A stretch of 64,000 nucleotides of DNA from Rozella allomycis CSF55 (taxonomy: Eukaryota), in assembly GCA_000442015.1 (NCBI GenBank), contig KE561324.1, positions 1-64,000 on the forward strand. Reading direction: 5' to 3'. Below the pieces are notes generated by a model that ran no database searches, was not told the DNA's origin, and saw nothing but the letters and a program-made list of their open reading frames with translations. Below, one piece after another: positions 34,531 through 47,912 of the stretch. Every line of letters begins with the position of its first letter. Position 1 is the first letter of the stretch. The position numbers and the translations under genes are program-made.

Positions 34531-36836
34531 TTAATAATCAAAGCCATTTATTTTCATATCCTCTGCTGATTTGATGAAAGGTAATAGGAGTTCCAGTTGG
34601 TGTTTTGTGAAAGTAGCGGAAGACAAAGTCGCTTTTACCTTTAATAAACCGTTTGCCCGTATAAGAGTGAAAATGCATTTTCCGATTAGATTGGGGAACT
34701 AAATGAAAAGATCGGATGCAAGATACCATGTTAAGCTGATAAATCTTTTCGTAATGGACTGCAAGTTGAGCTGCTGCGTTCAAAGCATGTGATATTTTGT
34801 TTTCGTTGGTGTAAATTTCAACAAGTTGAGTCCATGAATGCATTGAAGAGGATAATTCAAGAGAGTTGTGATAAGCTTCTTTTGCATCATCAATTCTGTC
34901 CAATCTCAAAGCTAAATCACCAAGTATTTCCCATTCAGCTTGAGAACGTCTATAATCTGTATTTTGCATTTTATAATGCTGGGCTTCTGCTTTCCAAATT
35001 GTGTAAACCTTCAAATCTTCATACAGGGTCATGAAGAGCATATCCAACCATCTTTCACAAAGCCTTTTATTATTAATCATTTGAACAACTTTGCTTCCTT
35101 GTCTAGAATGCGAAGGAGTATTTGTGTCAATTTTCAATTCTTCCAATGACTTATTTAATGTTTCTGTTTGTTGCAGATTAATATTTTTAATGTCGTCGTG
35201 ATCAACTTCAGTCAAGTCCTTTTCTTCGTTGTGGGCAGTTAAAGTATTTTCAAACGAAACTTCTTTTGCAGGGGGTTCGACTGGAGTGAAAACTTCCATT
35301 TTTTGTCTTGTGACTTGTTTTTCAGCGACATGTTTGAATTGACGATACTCTTCATCCATTACAAATACATCAATTCTTAGCTGAAGTAAATCTTCCCATC
35401 CCAAATTCAACGTTAACTTGCTCAACAATGAATAAACCTTTCTTGTAATTCCCCTCAATTGACTCCCAACAAGTTTCTGTAACGTTGGATCCACTTGACC
35501 ATGACCATAAATTTCAGACTTTTATTTTAATGACTACAAATTACTTCAATCGATTGACTTGATTCCAAAATTCCATCCTTACTTGGAATATGCACTTTTG
35601 CAGGGGGTGGAAATCTGATGGAATTATCCACATGATTGTAAGGCCAATTAGGACATGCATTCATTATAATCAAAGCCTTTTCTCAAAGTAAATAATATAA
35701 ATACTTTTCTAAAATCCTTTTTAGCAACGTACAGCATGCAAAGTTGCTCCCATGGTATAAACTCTAATGGTAATGCTTTAACAGCTTTGTTTCCCACATC
35801 TATAGCATCTTCAATGCAATCCTTTTATCTTTAAAATATAAAAAGTACTTTGGATTTTAAAAAGTTTGCCAAACTTTCCAACAGAACTGCATTGTTAGGA
35901 AACACACGAAGTGATTTGTTCAATATTTTAAGCCCTTTTATTTCATCATCTGCATGAAAATAACAATCAGCTACATGTCCAGCTATTTCCAATTCCTCTG
36001 AAACAAGCTCAGAAAAGAATGCAGCGGCTATCGCTGCCCTTTGGGTCTCACAGAAATATTTCTTTATTCCAAGCGAGAGATAATTGCATGATTTTGTTGG
36101 AAATTGATATTGCTCTGGAGCACCAATATCAACACCTTTGATTTTTCATTCAACTTATTACCCTGCCAAAAGACTGCCTTGGCGGCCTCTAAAAATTTAC
36201 TCTCGGTAGCTTCAGATTGTAAGGGACTTAATCTTCTAGTTGCTGGAACTTGCAAATAATCATCTTGCGACCATATACTACGTAAAACACTCGATACAAA
36301 GGATTCTTGCAAGACATCAGCTGTTGCAGGATACCTTTTAGTTAATTTAACTTTCCGTACCTATTTCCTTTCTCATCAATTACATATGCATCAACGCCGC
36401 CAGGTATATGTATTTCAACTCTTAGATCAACTCTAGAAAATGCATTATAACAACAAAAAACGCCCGAGGTGACTTTCCATTGGGGTTTAGAAAACCATCC
36501 AGCAGAATCATCCATTGCATATGTCAAGGTATTTAAATATGCTGCTATCGTTGCAATACTTGGTCTCGAGACAATAAATTTGGCTTACGAGGAACAATCG
36601 ACTCCTTGTACCATATGATAGCTTCCAATCTAATCTTTTATGGATTAATTATATACCTCTCTATTTTCTTTCTTTAGAGTTTTAACGACATGGACCAAAT
36701 CAATCGGTCCCAAGTCCTTGAATGACTCTTCTTAAACAAGTCAGATTCAATTACCAATCGCTTCATTTCTTGTTGTTATTGCTGTCCCGATTTCAAACTC
36801 TATTACCTCGGGAATATTTTTATAATACTCACTCAT
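34531..36836 (-). CDS. Exomer cargo adaptor, ChAPs family (Bch1/Bud7)
   Basis: DLGPIDLVHVVK, FCCYNAFSRVDLRVEIHIPGGVDAY, KRLCERWLDMLFMTLYEDL, EWEILGDLA; about 9 introns. Confidence 0.92.
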
Positions 36837-37174
36837 TGGTGAACCAATTTGGAAATTTCATCAACCACAAGGTTCCATTATTCATTTTTTTAAATCTGAT
36901 GTTCGATGGCGGAACACCACTTGAGAAATCTTCGTGTCAACCATAACCTGGGTTATTGTACAACTTATAATCTTGGAGGACACGAAGATTGAGAGTATCA
37001 CTGTCCATCGTATCTGCTTACTTTCATATAATGAATTTGAGTTCGAAGTGTGGAATACAAATTATAAAAAACATCAGTATTAGGTTAAATTATATTAAAA
37101 CGGATAACTTTTAGTCTAGAAACCTATTTTTATAGATGGAATTAGTGGCTGAGTGACTTTGACATTGAAGCTGC

Positions 37175-38284
37175 ATGAAGAAAGCTAATCTTACACTAAC
37201 AATCAAATTTGCTGTATCACTAATATTATTGGGTATTCTTTCTCTCACCCTCTTTTTCTTAGTTAACGCTGATACCAAAGGCCTGGAGAAGCAGCAAGAT
37301 AAGAATTTGCAAATATTTGACTCTAAAAGCAAAAACACAATAAACCCCAATTCTAAAATTGGAATCGATTCCCCAAGTTCGCCCATGATTGATAAATCCA
37401 GAACTAGAATAATACCCGCAGGATTGAAGAATGCTGGGAACAGTTGTTTTATGAACTCTTTAATGCAAGTTTTAGCTGTTTGCCATTTTGACAGAGCATT
37501 AAAAAATTCTAATGACATATTCCACAAGACTACTTTTGGGTTGATCACCAAAATTAGACAAGGTGGGGCAATAAACCCCTATAAAGAATACAAAAGCATT
37601 ATATATCCGGCCTTGAGTCTTGGTTTCGGAAAACAAGAAGATCCAGATTTTGCTTTTATGAAATTACTCGGCTTGAACAATATAGCAGATTACGGAAATC
37701 CATTCAAGTTAACACTCGAAGTTTCATTTAGAAAATATTCAGAAAACGCCAAATACGACAATGCAAGAAAAGAAATCAATGGCCAACACAATATAAGCTT
37801 ATTGAAATTGAGAGATCATGACACATTAGAGACAATGCTGAATGAATATCTTAATCCTCCGCGGTCTGATTTGTTGCATTTGGAATTTGATGGAGAGGAT
37901 AAATTGCTTGAAGGGTATACCGAAAGCTCTGTGAAAGTTTTACACGCAAACCGATATGTCTGGTTCAGCATTCAAAATCCATTTGGTAAATCTCCAGTGA
38001 AAGATGTGCCCATGAATTTCAGTATGCTTATAGGTGAAAAGATGCGATATTTACATTTGAAAGCGGTGATAGTAAAATGATTATTTTCATATTCCTAGGT
38101 ATTTATTGGATCTGATAATGCCGGTCATTACTATTCGTATACAAAGTATGGCAGTTCGTGGTATTTAATTAATGATTCGAAAGTGCATTCCAGACCTAAT
38201 TTAACCTGGAGCAAGGAATTTAGAAAAGCACATCCAAGTACCATGATAACCCAAGCAGTATATAAAGTTTCAAACAGAAAATAG
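37175..38284 (+). CDS. USP/C19 deubiquitinase with an N-terminal signal or TM anchor
   Basis: Cys box GLKNAGNSCFMNSLMQ, QED, His box GHYYSY..W..INDS in exon 2; hydrophobic FAVSLILLGILSLTLFFLV at the N-terminus. Confidence 0.82.
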
Positions 38285-38342
38285 AAATAAAAATCAATTT
38301 TGATATTTGATTTTGTGCTTTTGAAAAATTCGACCCTGGTAC

Positions 38343-41300
38343 ATGGGGAAAAAGAGAGTTAGATATAATGAAAAAGGTCGACAAAGCAAAAAAGGCGAGT
38401 AATATAAAATAATTTATTTTCCAAGATCTAAGGGAGAAGATTCGAATGTTCTTATCATAGATCCATCACAGCCAGTGGAGATCGAGGAACCAAAAATGCC
38501 AGAAAAAATGAATCCAAAAAAGAAGAAAAGATTGGAAAAGTATATTGTAATTTATAAAATAAATTGTAAAAGGAACGAAAGTTGAAAAAGGAAGAGAAGG
38601 TGTTGTTGATGGAAAAATTGTCTAAATCTGCTTTTAAGAGCGAGCTGTTGGTTTCGACAAAAAATCTTGGTCATAAAGTTGAAACGAAAAAAGAAAAACT
38701 GAGAAGAGTATTACAAGAACAAAGACTTGGGCTTCCATTGACCTATGAAGACACTGATCTGGTGAAGGAAAAGATAGTTGAGGACATTGATGAGTCTAGT
38801 GAAGAAGAAGAAGAATTGTCGACTAATCTTGAACTTGAAGAAATTATGGAGAAACGAGAGATGATAGAAGAAAAGGAAAAAGAGGAGAAGATTAAAAGTT
38901 TGGAATTGGAAAAGGCCAAAGAAGAGGAAGAAAGACCCAAGTTGATAGAGAATACAGAAATTAATAATAGAAAGGTAAATTTACTTTTAAAATTTCAAAG
39001 GCATTTTATGTTCCTGTGAATAGATCAGATGACATTAGAGTTGCTAGGATGAAGCTACCTGTAGTTGTGGAAGAACAGCAAATAATGGAATCGATATATG
39101 AGAATGATGTGGTGATTATTTGTGGTGAGACTGGGAGTGGTAAAACGACGCAAGTGCCGCAATTTTTGTACGAGGCTGGCTTTGGACATCCAGATAGTGA
39201 GAATCCAGGGATTGTTGGGGTTACTCAGCCAAGAAGAGTTGCGGCTGTTAGTATGGCCCAACGAGTAGCCACAGAGTTGAATTTATCTTCTGAATATGTT
39301 TCTCACCAAATCAGATTTGATTCAAGTGTTTCAAAGAAAACTGTGATAAAGTTTATGACTGATGGTGTCTTGTTGAAAGAAATAGCGAAAGATTTTATGC
39401 TTTCGTCTTATTCAGTTTTGATTATTGATGAAGCGCACGAAAGATCGTTGAACAGCGACATTGCAATTGGGTTAGTTTCTAGAATTGTAAAATTAAGAAG
39501 AGAAAAAGAGATTAATGGGATTGTGAGACCTTTAAAGATTATTATCATGTCTGCTACGTTGAGAGTTGATGATTTTGCCAACAATCCAAACCTTTTCACT
39601 CCATCGCCTCCAGTGATTCACATCAAATCTAGACAATTTCCAGTCACAATTCATTTTAATAAAAAGACCCCTGATGATTACTTAGATGAAGCATTTAAGA
39701 AAATCTGCCAAATTCATTCAAAACTTCCAGCTGGTGGTATTTTAGTCTTTCTTACTGGCCAAAATGAAGTTCACGCACTTTGTAAAAAGTTAAAGTCGAG
39801 ATATCCATCAAATTCAAATCAATTAGAATCAAAAATTTCAAAAGAAAAAACTTTGATTGCAAAGAGAGAAGAAATAGACGCTGGTTCATTTGAGCTGGAT
39901 GAAGACCCAGATGAAGTTATTGAACAAGTTGATTCCCCCGTCGATGAATCCAAAATAGAAGACGATTTCTATCTTGAAAATGACACAAAGGAACCTCTTC
40001 ATGTTCTTCCTCTATACGCTCTGTTGCCCACTGATGAACAATTGAAAGTTTTCAAAGAACCTCCCCCTGGTCATAGACTCTGCGTTGTAGCTACAAACGT
40101 TGCTGAAACCTCTTTAACTATTCCTGGGATTTCTTACGTTGTTGATTCTGGAAAAGTTAAAGAAAGAGTTCACGACGCAAAATCAAAAATGCAAAGCTTC
40201 AAAGTTGATTGGACTTCAAAGGCATCAGCAGATCAAGTAATCACCTTTCATTAATTTAAAATCAAGCGAAGTGGTCGTGCTGGTAGAGTTGGCCCTGGTC
40301 ATTGTTACAGGCTATATCATTCAGCTGTTTTCGATAACAACTTTGAAAAGTTTTCTAAACCTGAAATTGAAAGAATGCCTATAGAAGGCGTTGTTTTGCA
40401 AATGAAAAGTATGCACATTGACAATGTTGTAAATTTCCCATTTCCTTCCCCGCCAAATTCTCAAATACTCTTTGAAGCTGAAAAAGTACTCTATACGTAT
40501 TCTTTAATATTAGCTCTTAATGAGCTTAGAAGCTCTTGATACTAACAATAAATCAATTACCTACATTGGTCGGATGATGTCGGCGTTTCCTATCTCGCCT
40601 AGATTCGCGAAAATGATTATTCTTGGAATGAACAATAACGTTCTTCAATGGATCATCCCTCTTGTCGCTGCTCTGTCTGTGGGAGACCCCTTTGTTAGAG
40701 ATCTAGAGAACGGAATAGTTAACGAAAAAGATTCTCAAGACTCTGAGGAAAAAAGAGAAAAAAGGAAAAAATATTTTCAAACACATCAAGTAAATCATAT
40801 ATTTTTTGTTTTATAGACTTTTGCTGGTAAACACCCCGACAGCGATTCCTTGAAACTTTTATCTGCCTTTTGTGCCTCTGAATACTCTTCAAATATTGAA
40901 GATTTCTGTAACACTCATTTTCTTAGGCCTAAGGCTATCAAGGAAATGAAACAATTGAAGGCTCAGCTCATCTCAATTGCCAGGGTTATTAATCCAAAAT
41001 TTTGTGAAAAAATGAAATTTGATAAAGTTCAGCCGCCAAATGATTCTCAACGCTCAATAATTAAACAAATTATCGCTTCTGGTTTTATTGATCAAATTGC
41101 CAAACTAAAGCCAAAAATGTCTCACGAAAAGGCGTTTAAATATCAAACACTATTGTCGAAAGAAGACGCGTTAATTCATCCTTCGTCATGTTTATTTAAT
41201 GAAAGCCCGCCTGAATTTGTCGTTTATGAAGAATTAGTGCAAACTTCACACGTTTACATTAAAGGATTAACTGCAATTTCAGAGTCGATTATTCCAATAG

Positions 41301-41778
41301 TTGCAAGGAGCCAGTGCACATTTAGCAAACCATTAGACACCCCTGAACCTTTCTATAATTCAGAAAAAGATAAAATGATTTGCTACGTCAAACCTTCATT
41401 TGGTACGGTTCTTTGGGAATTAACACCAACTCCAATTGAGTTTCCAGAGTGTGTTGAAAAATATCGATATTTTCTTAAAAATCTCCTCGAAGGAAATATC
41501 ATCAAAGGCTTCTCCAAATTTACTGGTATTTTGAACAGTAAACCCATTTCTTTGCTGAGACCCTGGGCTCAAAAGAAGCTGGTTGATTTAATAGTGCCAG
41601 TTAAAAATAATAAGATTTCAACCAAAAAAGATTTATTAGAGAAATGGTACCCTTATTTTCATAAGTTTAATGTAGGAAATCGAATCCATCATTTTTATTG
41701 CATGGATACTTGCAATGGATTCCAATAGAACATCAACCAGTAGTTAAGCAAGAGTGGACTAAATTGATCAAAGAATAA
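38343..41778 (+). CDS. DHR1: DEAH RNA helicase Dhr1/Ecm16 (DHX37)
   Basis: MGKKRVRYNEKGR, GETGSGKTTQVPQFLYEAG, DEAHER, SAT, QRSGRAGR; 7 introns. Confidence 0.95.
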
Positions 41779-41860
41779 ATTTTATTATTATCATATTTAA
41801 CGGCTATATTTTCAGAATTTAAATCGGCTCTCTTGCCTCAATTGTTTGTAAATTTCGTAA

Positions 41861-43283
41861 ATGTTTAAGCGGTTAAAGTCAAAGAAAAAGAATGAAGACA
41901 CGCCGTCACAAGAAATGGATACAAAAAATACTCCCTTACAAATATCATTTAACTATGATGACTTTTACAGAGATCAGATAGTACCAACTTTACATTTCCT
42001 CTATCAACCACACACTCTGACTGTCTTACTAGTTATGCTTTTGGCATTTCTTTATGTTGCAGTATATAGATCATCAGTAGACCCCGTGGATAACATAAAA
42101 ACGTAATTTAACATTGCTTTGATGTCTTGAGAGGCTTGGTGGCTTCATCTATTGTGCTTGTATTTATAGGAAGCCTTCATTTGCCAAATGGTCCTTTTAT
42201 TAGACCGCATCCGGCTTTCTGGAGATTTGTGATGGCGTTAAATGTCGTTTATCAACTTTTTCTTGTGTTTCTACTATTTCAAGTAAATATTATTGGTTTT
42301 ATTTAAAGGACAAACATCATTCAAGAGCATGGTTAGGATACATCGATTCTTCATTGGGTGTTAGACTCCCTGAGCGCTCTTACGCAGAATTTTGTGATTT
42401 CACATATGTTAACATAAAAGTATGTTAGCTTTTTCTTTATAAAAGTCACAAATGGACATTTTCGTCGTAGCCCATGCTTTGGGGTGGTTCGCAAAAGCTT
42501 TGATTATTCGAGATTATTGGTTTTGTTGGATTCTATCTATTATGTTTGAATTAATGGAGTACTCTTTGCAACATCATCTTCCAAACTTTGCCGAATGCTG
42601 GTGGGACCATGTATGATTCATATGTATATTCAATAGTGGATCTTGGATGTTTTCATTTGTAATTGGTTAGGATTATACCTTGGGATGAAGGCTTGCGAAT
42701 ACTTTAAAATGAAAGTAACAAAATTCAGCGGTTATTTCTAGCATTATTCTTGGCGCGGGGTAAAGGACTACCAAAGTTATTCAGGAAAAGTAAAACGCAC
42801 GGTAGCTCAATTTACACCACATTCTTGGACAACCTTTGAATGGGGTCCCACAAAGACCTTTAAAAATTTTGTCGCTGTTATCTTTTACCTATTTATGGTA
42901 TTGCTCTTTGTTACTCTTCATTGAAGTTTTTATTATGTGAAATTAATGCTTTCTATTTAAAATATCTGTTATGGATACCTCCTGAGCATATTCTTAATCC
43001 TATTCGTCTGGTTCTGTATTTTTTCTTTGGCAGTGCTGCCACACGTGAAGCCTATCAATTTTTAACTGATCCACGATGCAAACGTTTGGGTTCACAGGCA
43101 TGGCTCGTAATTGCTAGTATAATGACAGAGACATTGATCTGTATTAAATACGGAAAGGATGAATTCTTAAACCCTGCTCCTGCACATGTCAAAATTTTCT
43201 GGGCGATAGGAGTATCAGCATTATCCATATGGGCCTGGAACTTTTTTTATTTCAGTAAAAGGAAGATACAAAAAATAAACTAA
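41861..43283 (+). CDS. Base-exchange phosphatidylserine synthase (PTDSS1/2 family)
   Basis: [51 protein letters not shown]; 6 introns. Confidence 0.92.
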
Positions 43284-43405
43284 TTATAAACGTATCATTA
43301 TTACTCAATATCGTTCATTGGTTGAGGGACACTTAGCCAAATTCTATTTTTAGCAATTCAAAAAATATATATGCGCTGGAATTTTAACTCCTTCAGCTAG
43401 CATTA

Positions 43406-44169
43406 ATGGATAGACAATTACAATCAATCTTTGAACGCTTTTGTTCTTTTGGATCAGGTTCTATGACCAATCTCTCAGCACCAATGCCTCAAATGGATGG
43501 TGCAAAGTTTGCAAAGTTTACAAGAGACACCAAAATCGTAGATAATAAGAGAATCAATTCAACTCAAGTCGATATAATATTCAACAAAATCAAACATAAG
43601 AATGAACGAAAGATTGATTATGCACAGTTCCGTAAAGGCCTTCAAATGTTAGCTCAATTAAAGTTCCCAGAAAAGGAGTCATCACTCGCTTACAACATGT
43701 TAGTCGACCATGTAATTTCTCAAAAAGGACCTTCATTAGCGGAAAATGTTACGGTAAAATATCATATTTGCTGTCATAGAAAATCGACAATTCTAATATA
43801 GTCAATAGAATGACAAATCCAAAACTGTATCCAGAGGCTCACAAGCAAAGGTATGCCGACGCGAATACAAAAAAGTTGAACAACTCATCTTCACATGGAA
43901 ATTTGAACTCAATGCACAACCAGCAACAAAATCAGCATGAATTAAAGCTTTCGTACTCATCATCATTAACTAACATTAATAACGTTCAACAAAAGAACGC
44001 AGCGAAGAATCAGAATTACAAGACTGCGGTTAAACAAGGCTCATCGTCCAATAATGCTTTTGCCTCAAAGCAACATAAAAATAATATAGCAGCAAATGCA
44101 AAAGTTGAAAATCAATCAGCAAATATGATGCATCAACAAAAAAAGAATGTTGCACACTCTCAACGTTAA
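43406..44169 (+). CDS. TPPP: p25-alpha/TPPP microtubule-binding protein
   Basis: MDGAKFAKFTRD, VDIIFNKIK, VNRMTNPKLYPEAHKQRY; N/Q-rich tail. Confidence 0.82.
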
Positions 44170-44212
44170 AAGCAAATTTGAATAAATATAGATTATAATG
44201 CGTCGTTTATTT

Positions 44213-45682
44213 TTAAAGAGTTAAACAATCAGTTAGCCTGACTTTAAATTCGCTTGTAGGTATGTTCGTTTGGTTCTCAGCTACTTTTATTGGCGCAGGG
44301 ATTTTCACAATAGGCCTCTTGTCAAGAAATTCGACAAGATGATTCTTGAGTGCTAAAGAATTAGTTTCTTTTTTCTCGGAAGATCGCAATTCTTTTCGGA
44401 TCATTAGTATTTCTTCTGTATAATCATCATCACGGGAGAATCTAGATTTTAAGTATTGAAAGAAATGTAATGATTTATCTAATTCTTTTATCCAATTTTT
44501 ATATCAATTAAAAGAAAAAAATATATTTTACATTTCAAATTTTTCTTCCAATTCATCAAGATATGGATTGATTAAAAGCGCCCTCTTTTTGTCAGAAGAT
44601 GTTTTGTAATCTGAAGATCTTATTCGATACTTTTCAGACGTGTTATCATTAAAATTGGAGAATCTCACCTTGTTAATTCTTTAATTGTATAGTTTACAGA
44701 CTCAAGTAGCATGCAATTACTAGGCGCTGTCGGTATGAAGAATGAAGACTCCGGGGAAAACAATCGTTCCCTAACTAAGGCATGATTTGCTTTTGTTCGA
44801 GATAAAAGAACAGCATAACCTAATTACACAAAAAAATACATTATACCAATAAGTTTTTGCACCATCAGAGGCTTGAAGTTTTCTCCTCTAAACAGAATTC
44901 TTGCCCACTCAATACCCTTTGAGATATACAAATTTTGCACCTGATCAATTAGTATAGATTTACTTACTTCAATAAAATCTATAATCATTTTTCCTTCGCC
45001 CGGCAAAACACCTTTTGAAAAATTGTGAAAATGGTGTTCCCCTATACAATTGTAAAGGAAAAATTTAAAAGAGTGAAGAGTATGAGGATCTATTCTATAC
45101 GAATTCATGTCCTCGTATGTGCAGTTTAACACTTGATCCACCCTTCCTGGCTGTTTTGATAAGTAGGCACTGGTCATTGCTACTATTAATTCATCCAATT
45201 TTTTGGAATCTACAACAGATTCTAAGCAGTATGTGGGAATATTTATTTCGTAAATAACTGTGCTACGATTAGCAGAGTTAAATCCATATGACATCTCCTT
45301 AATATCATATACCCACAAATCAGGTGGCAATAAGCTGTTCAATCTTTCAGTCATTTTTTGAAACGTCACTGATTTATCTTTCGGGATCTTTATCCAACCC
45401 GACATAAAATATTGAAGTGCGTGAGAACCCTTTGGAATTCCTTCTACTTTGGTCAATTTATGATTATTTCTTATGGGCTCCAAATAATCAAGACTTTTAC
45501 ATGCTTCAATCAATGTCCCTTCTACTGTTCGTTTATTAGGAATTCTAACAAATCTCAGTTTAGCTAGAGTACTTTGATATTGAATCGAAGTTAGTACCAA
45601 TAAATCCCATCGAAAATAGACCTATTTTATAATATCTTCTACCAGAAGCTAAAATATTTCTGCAAAGGAGGTTTATGCTCAT
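44213..45682 (-). CDS. Divergent TruA/Pus1-family pseudouridine synthase homolog lacking the catalytic Asp
   Basis: GFIGTNF, RTVEGTLIEA, LNSLLPPDLWVY, GEHHFHNFS, GENF..MVQKLIG. The RTDKGVHA motif is replaced by GIPKGSHA. Confidence 0.75.
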
Positions 45683-45746
45683 TTCCTAATTTGGTATTTT
45701 CAAATTGAAGCTAAGCCGAAAATAAATTGAAAGTCTATTTATTGGA

Positions 45747-47170
45747 CTAAATTTTAATACATTCGATAGGATGCTCATACATCGAATGGATTAATGAATG
45801 GGTAGTAGACAAAATCCGATTAGTCGGTCGCTAGTTTATGAAAACGGAATAAAATACCTCATAATATTCTTTGATTTGATTTGTATTTCCTTCCGTATAA
45901 CCTGACTGATCTATATTTCCTTTAAGTTTAATTGGGCAAGATAATTGATTTTGCACATTCGGCTGGACATACCTAATTTTCACAACATAATATATGTTAC
46001 TTGTCTTTTTGTTCTGTTATTCCTGTATTCATAGTCGTTGGATAGTACAAATAGGTTGGATTAAAATCTTTAGCTGAGCCCGCCACTTGTTTTTTGCCAA
46101 TGCTGTATGAATTCAATCTTTCAAATGCTTCATTCCGATTAATATTTTTCGTGTAAACATCTGAATTTAAACTTTCATGTAAAACGCCCAAATTTACCTC
46201 TTTTTAAAGTCCTTTTCATATACTTTCTCTATTTCACCTATTCTTTTATTGATAAGAGGTAAAGGGTGATAACTATCAAAAGATTTATGGACGAACGTTT
46301 CATTTCCTTTGGTCTTCTTCGAGTAACCTGATTCCATAGTTTGAATCTCGGGCAAAGATTTTGCAGGATCGACAAAATCCTTCAAACTTAAAAGATTCTA
46401 ATGAGATCAATAAATTCGTTAATTACCTTTGAAAAATAAATATTTGTGGTTTCATAAGATTGTTCCCCGCAGTAACCAAATGCTAGTTTTTGTTGCAATA
46501 CCGAATCAAAGTCTTTTGTATATGGAGTTGATTTTTGCGAATCAATGCTAATTGAACTTTTTTCTATCATTTTCCCATGTGCGTTGAATATTTTTAAATG
46601 ATTTTTTGTTTCATCTACATTTGAATAGACACGAAGGATTACATTCGGCAGGAAGAACCTCATATGTTTTGTCCAATTTAGCAGTGTAAATATCTTCTGA
46701 TGGATTCTAATTATACTAATGTGTAATGCATACCGGATATATAGCACTTTTGTTGTCTTGGTTTGAGATTGTGTATCCTGAACCTTGAATTACTCTTGAA
46801 ACACCACGCGGAGTTTTAGTAGTGGGATGGTTTACAATAGGGAAGCGCTCTGTATATTCTGAGCTGTACCTTCTAAGAATAGCATGCACAAAATAATTTA
46901 CTTGTCATTTGAATACATATCAGGCATTTGGCTTGTTGAAATGTAAGGCAGGGTATTAGATGTATGTGCCGATCCCCGAATCATCTTTAGATTTAGATGT
47001 CTGCGTATTTCGTCCTTTAATTTATCAGATTGCATGCCTTTATCAAGATTCGCGTACTTTTTGAATTCTGTTGAATACGATGTACAATAAAAACTGGCAC
47101 TCGAGCGATGCGCCCCATTGGAAGCATTGATGTAAACACTTGGTCGTCCTTTATAAGGGTGAGTTTCCAT
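45747..47170 (-). CDS. PPP1R32: PPP1R32/SAXO4-like axonemal protein
   Basis: PSVYINASNG..FYCTSYSTEF..GSAHTSN..PYIS and repeated ESGY/QSGY motifs; about 7 introns; 3' end approximate. Confidence 0.6.
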
Positions 47171-47292
47171 TGGAATGTTCAGAAAAATTGTAACCTTAGA
47201 AACAATGATTCGATGTGTAACATATGTGACTACATTAAAATTTGGTAAGTCAAAGTTTGAACATGTTAAAATAGGAAATTCTGGGAAACTTT

Positions 47293-47912
47293 ATGGTGGT
47301 TACTAGCGATGTAAACAAATTTGTTTATCAGTAGGATAAAATATATGTTGGTATAGGGCTCCATGGAATGAAGTAACTAGTGCTATTTGGCGAAAATATC
47401 CAAACCCCTATTCCAAGCACGTTTTGACTTCAGATATAATCGATTATCGGATAGACAGCAATAATCAAACACTGAAAGTTGTCAGACTATTAAAAAAGAA
47501 AGGGGTTTTACCGAACTGGATACGATGGGTAACAATTACGGTGATGAATTTTCAAGATAAAAGTGTCAAATGCATTTGTATTAGAAGAAACAGAAATTGA
47601 TTACAAGAATAAAATTCTAGTTAGGCGTTCAAAGAACCTATCACACTTGAATTTTCTGTACGTGGTTGAAAAACAAACGCTGAAAATGGATTCAAATTAC
47701 CATAATCGGTAAGATAAAGATGGTTACAATAACAGGACATTAGAAGATACATATTTTCAAAGTGTTTCAAAATGGTCGTGGGCTGAAAAGTTAGCGTTAA
47801 GTAAGCATCGTGAATATGTTCATGGGGTAATGTGTTAGAAAAGTCATCATCGTAGAGTCAAAAAGCAATATTATTTGTTTTGGAGAAACTCCGAGTGGGA
47901 TTAATAATATAA
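47293..47912 (+). CDS. PRELI/MSF1 mitochondrial lipid-transfer protein (Ups family); missing from the ORF track
   Basis: PWNEVTSAIWRKYPNPYSKHVLTSD, RLLKKKGVLPNW, SKNLSH; 4 introns. Confidence 0.88.
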
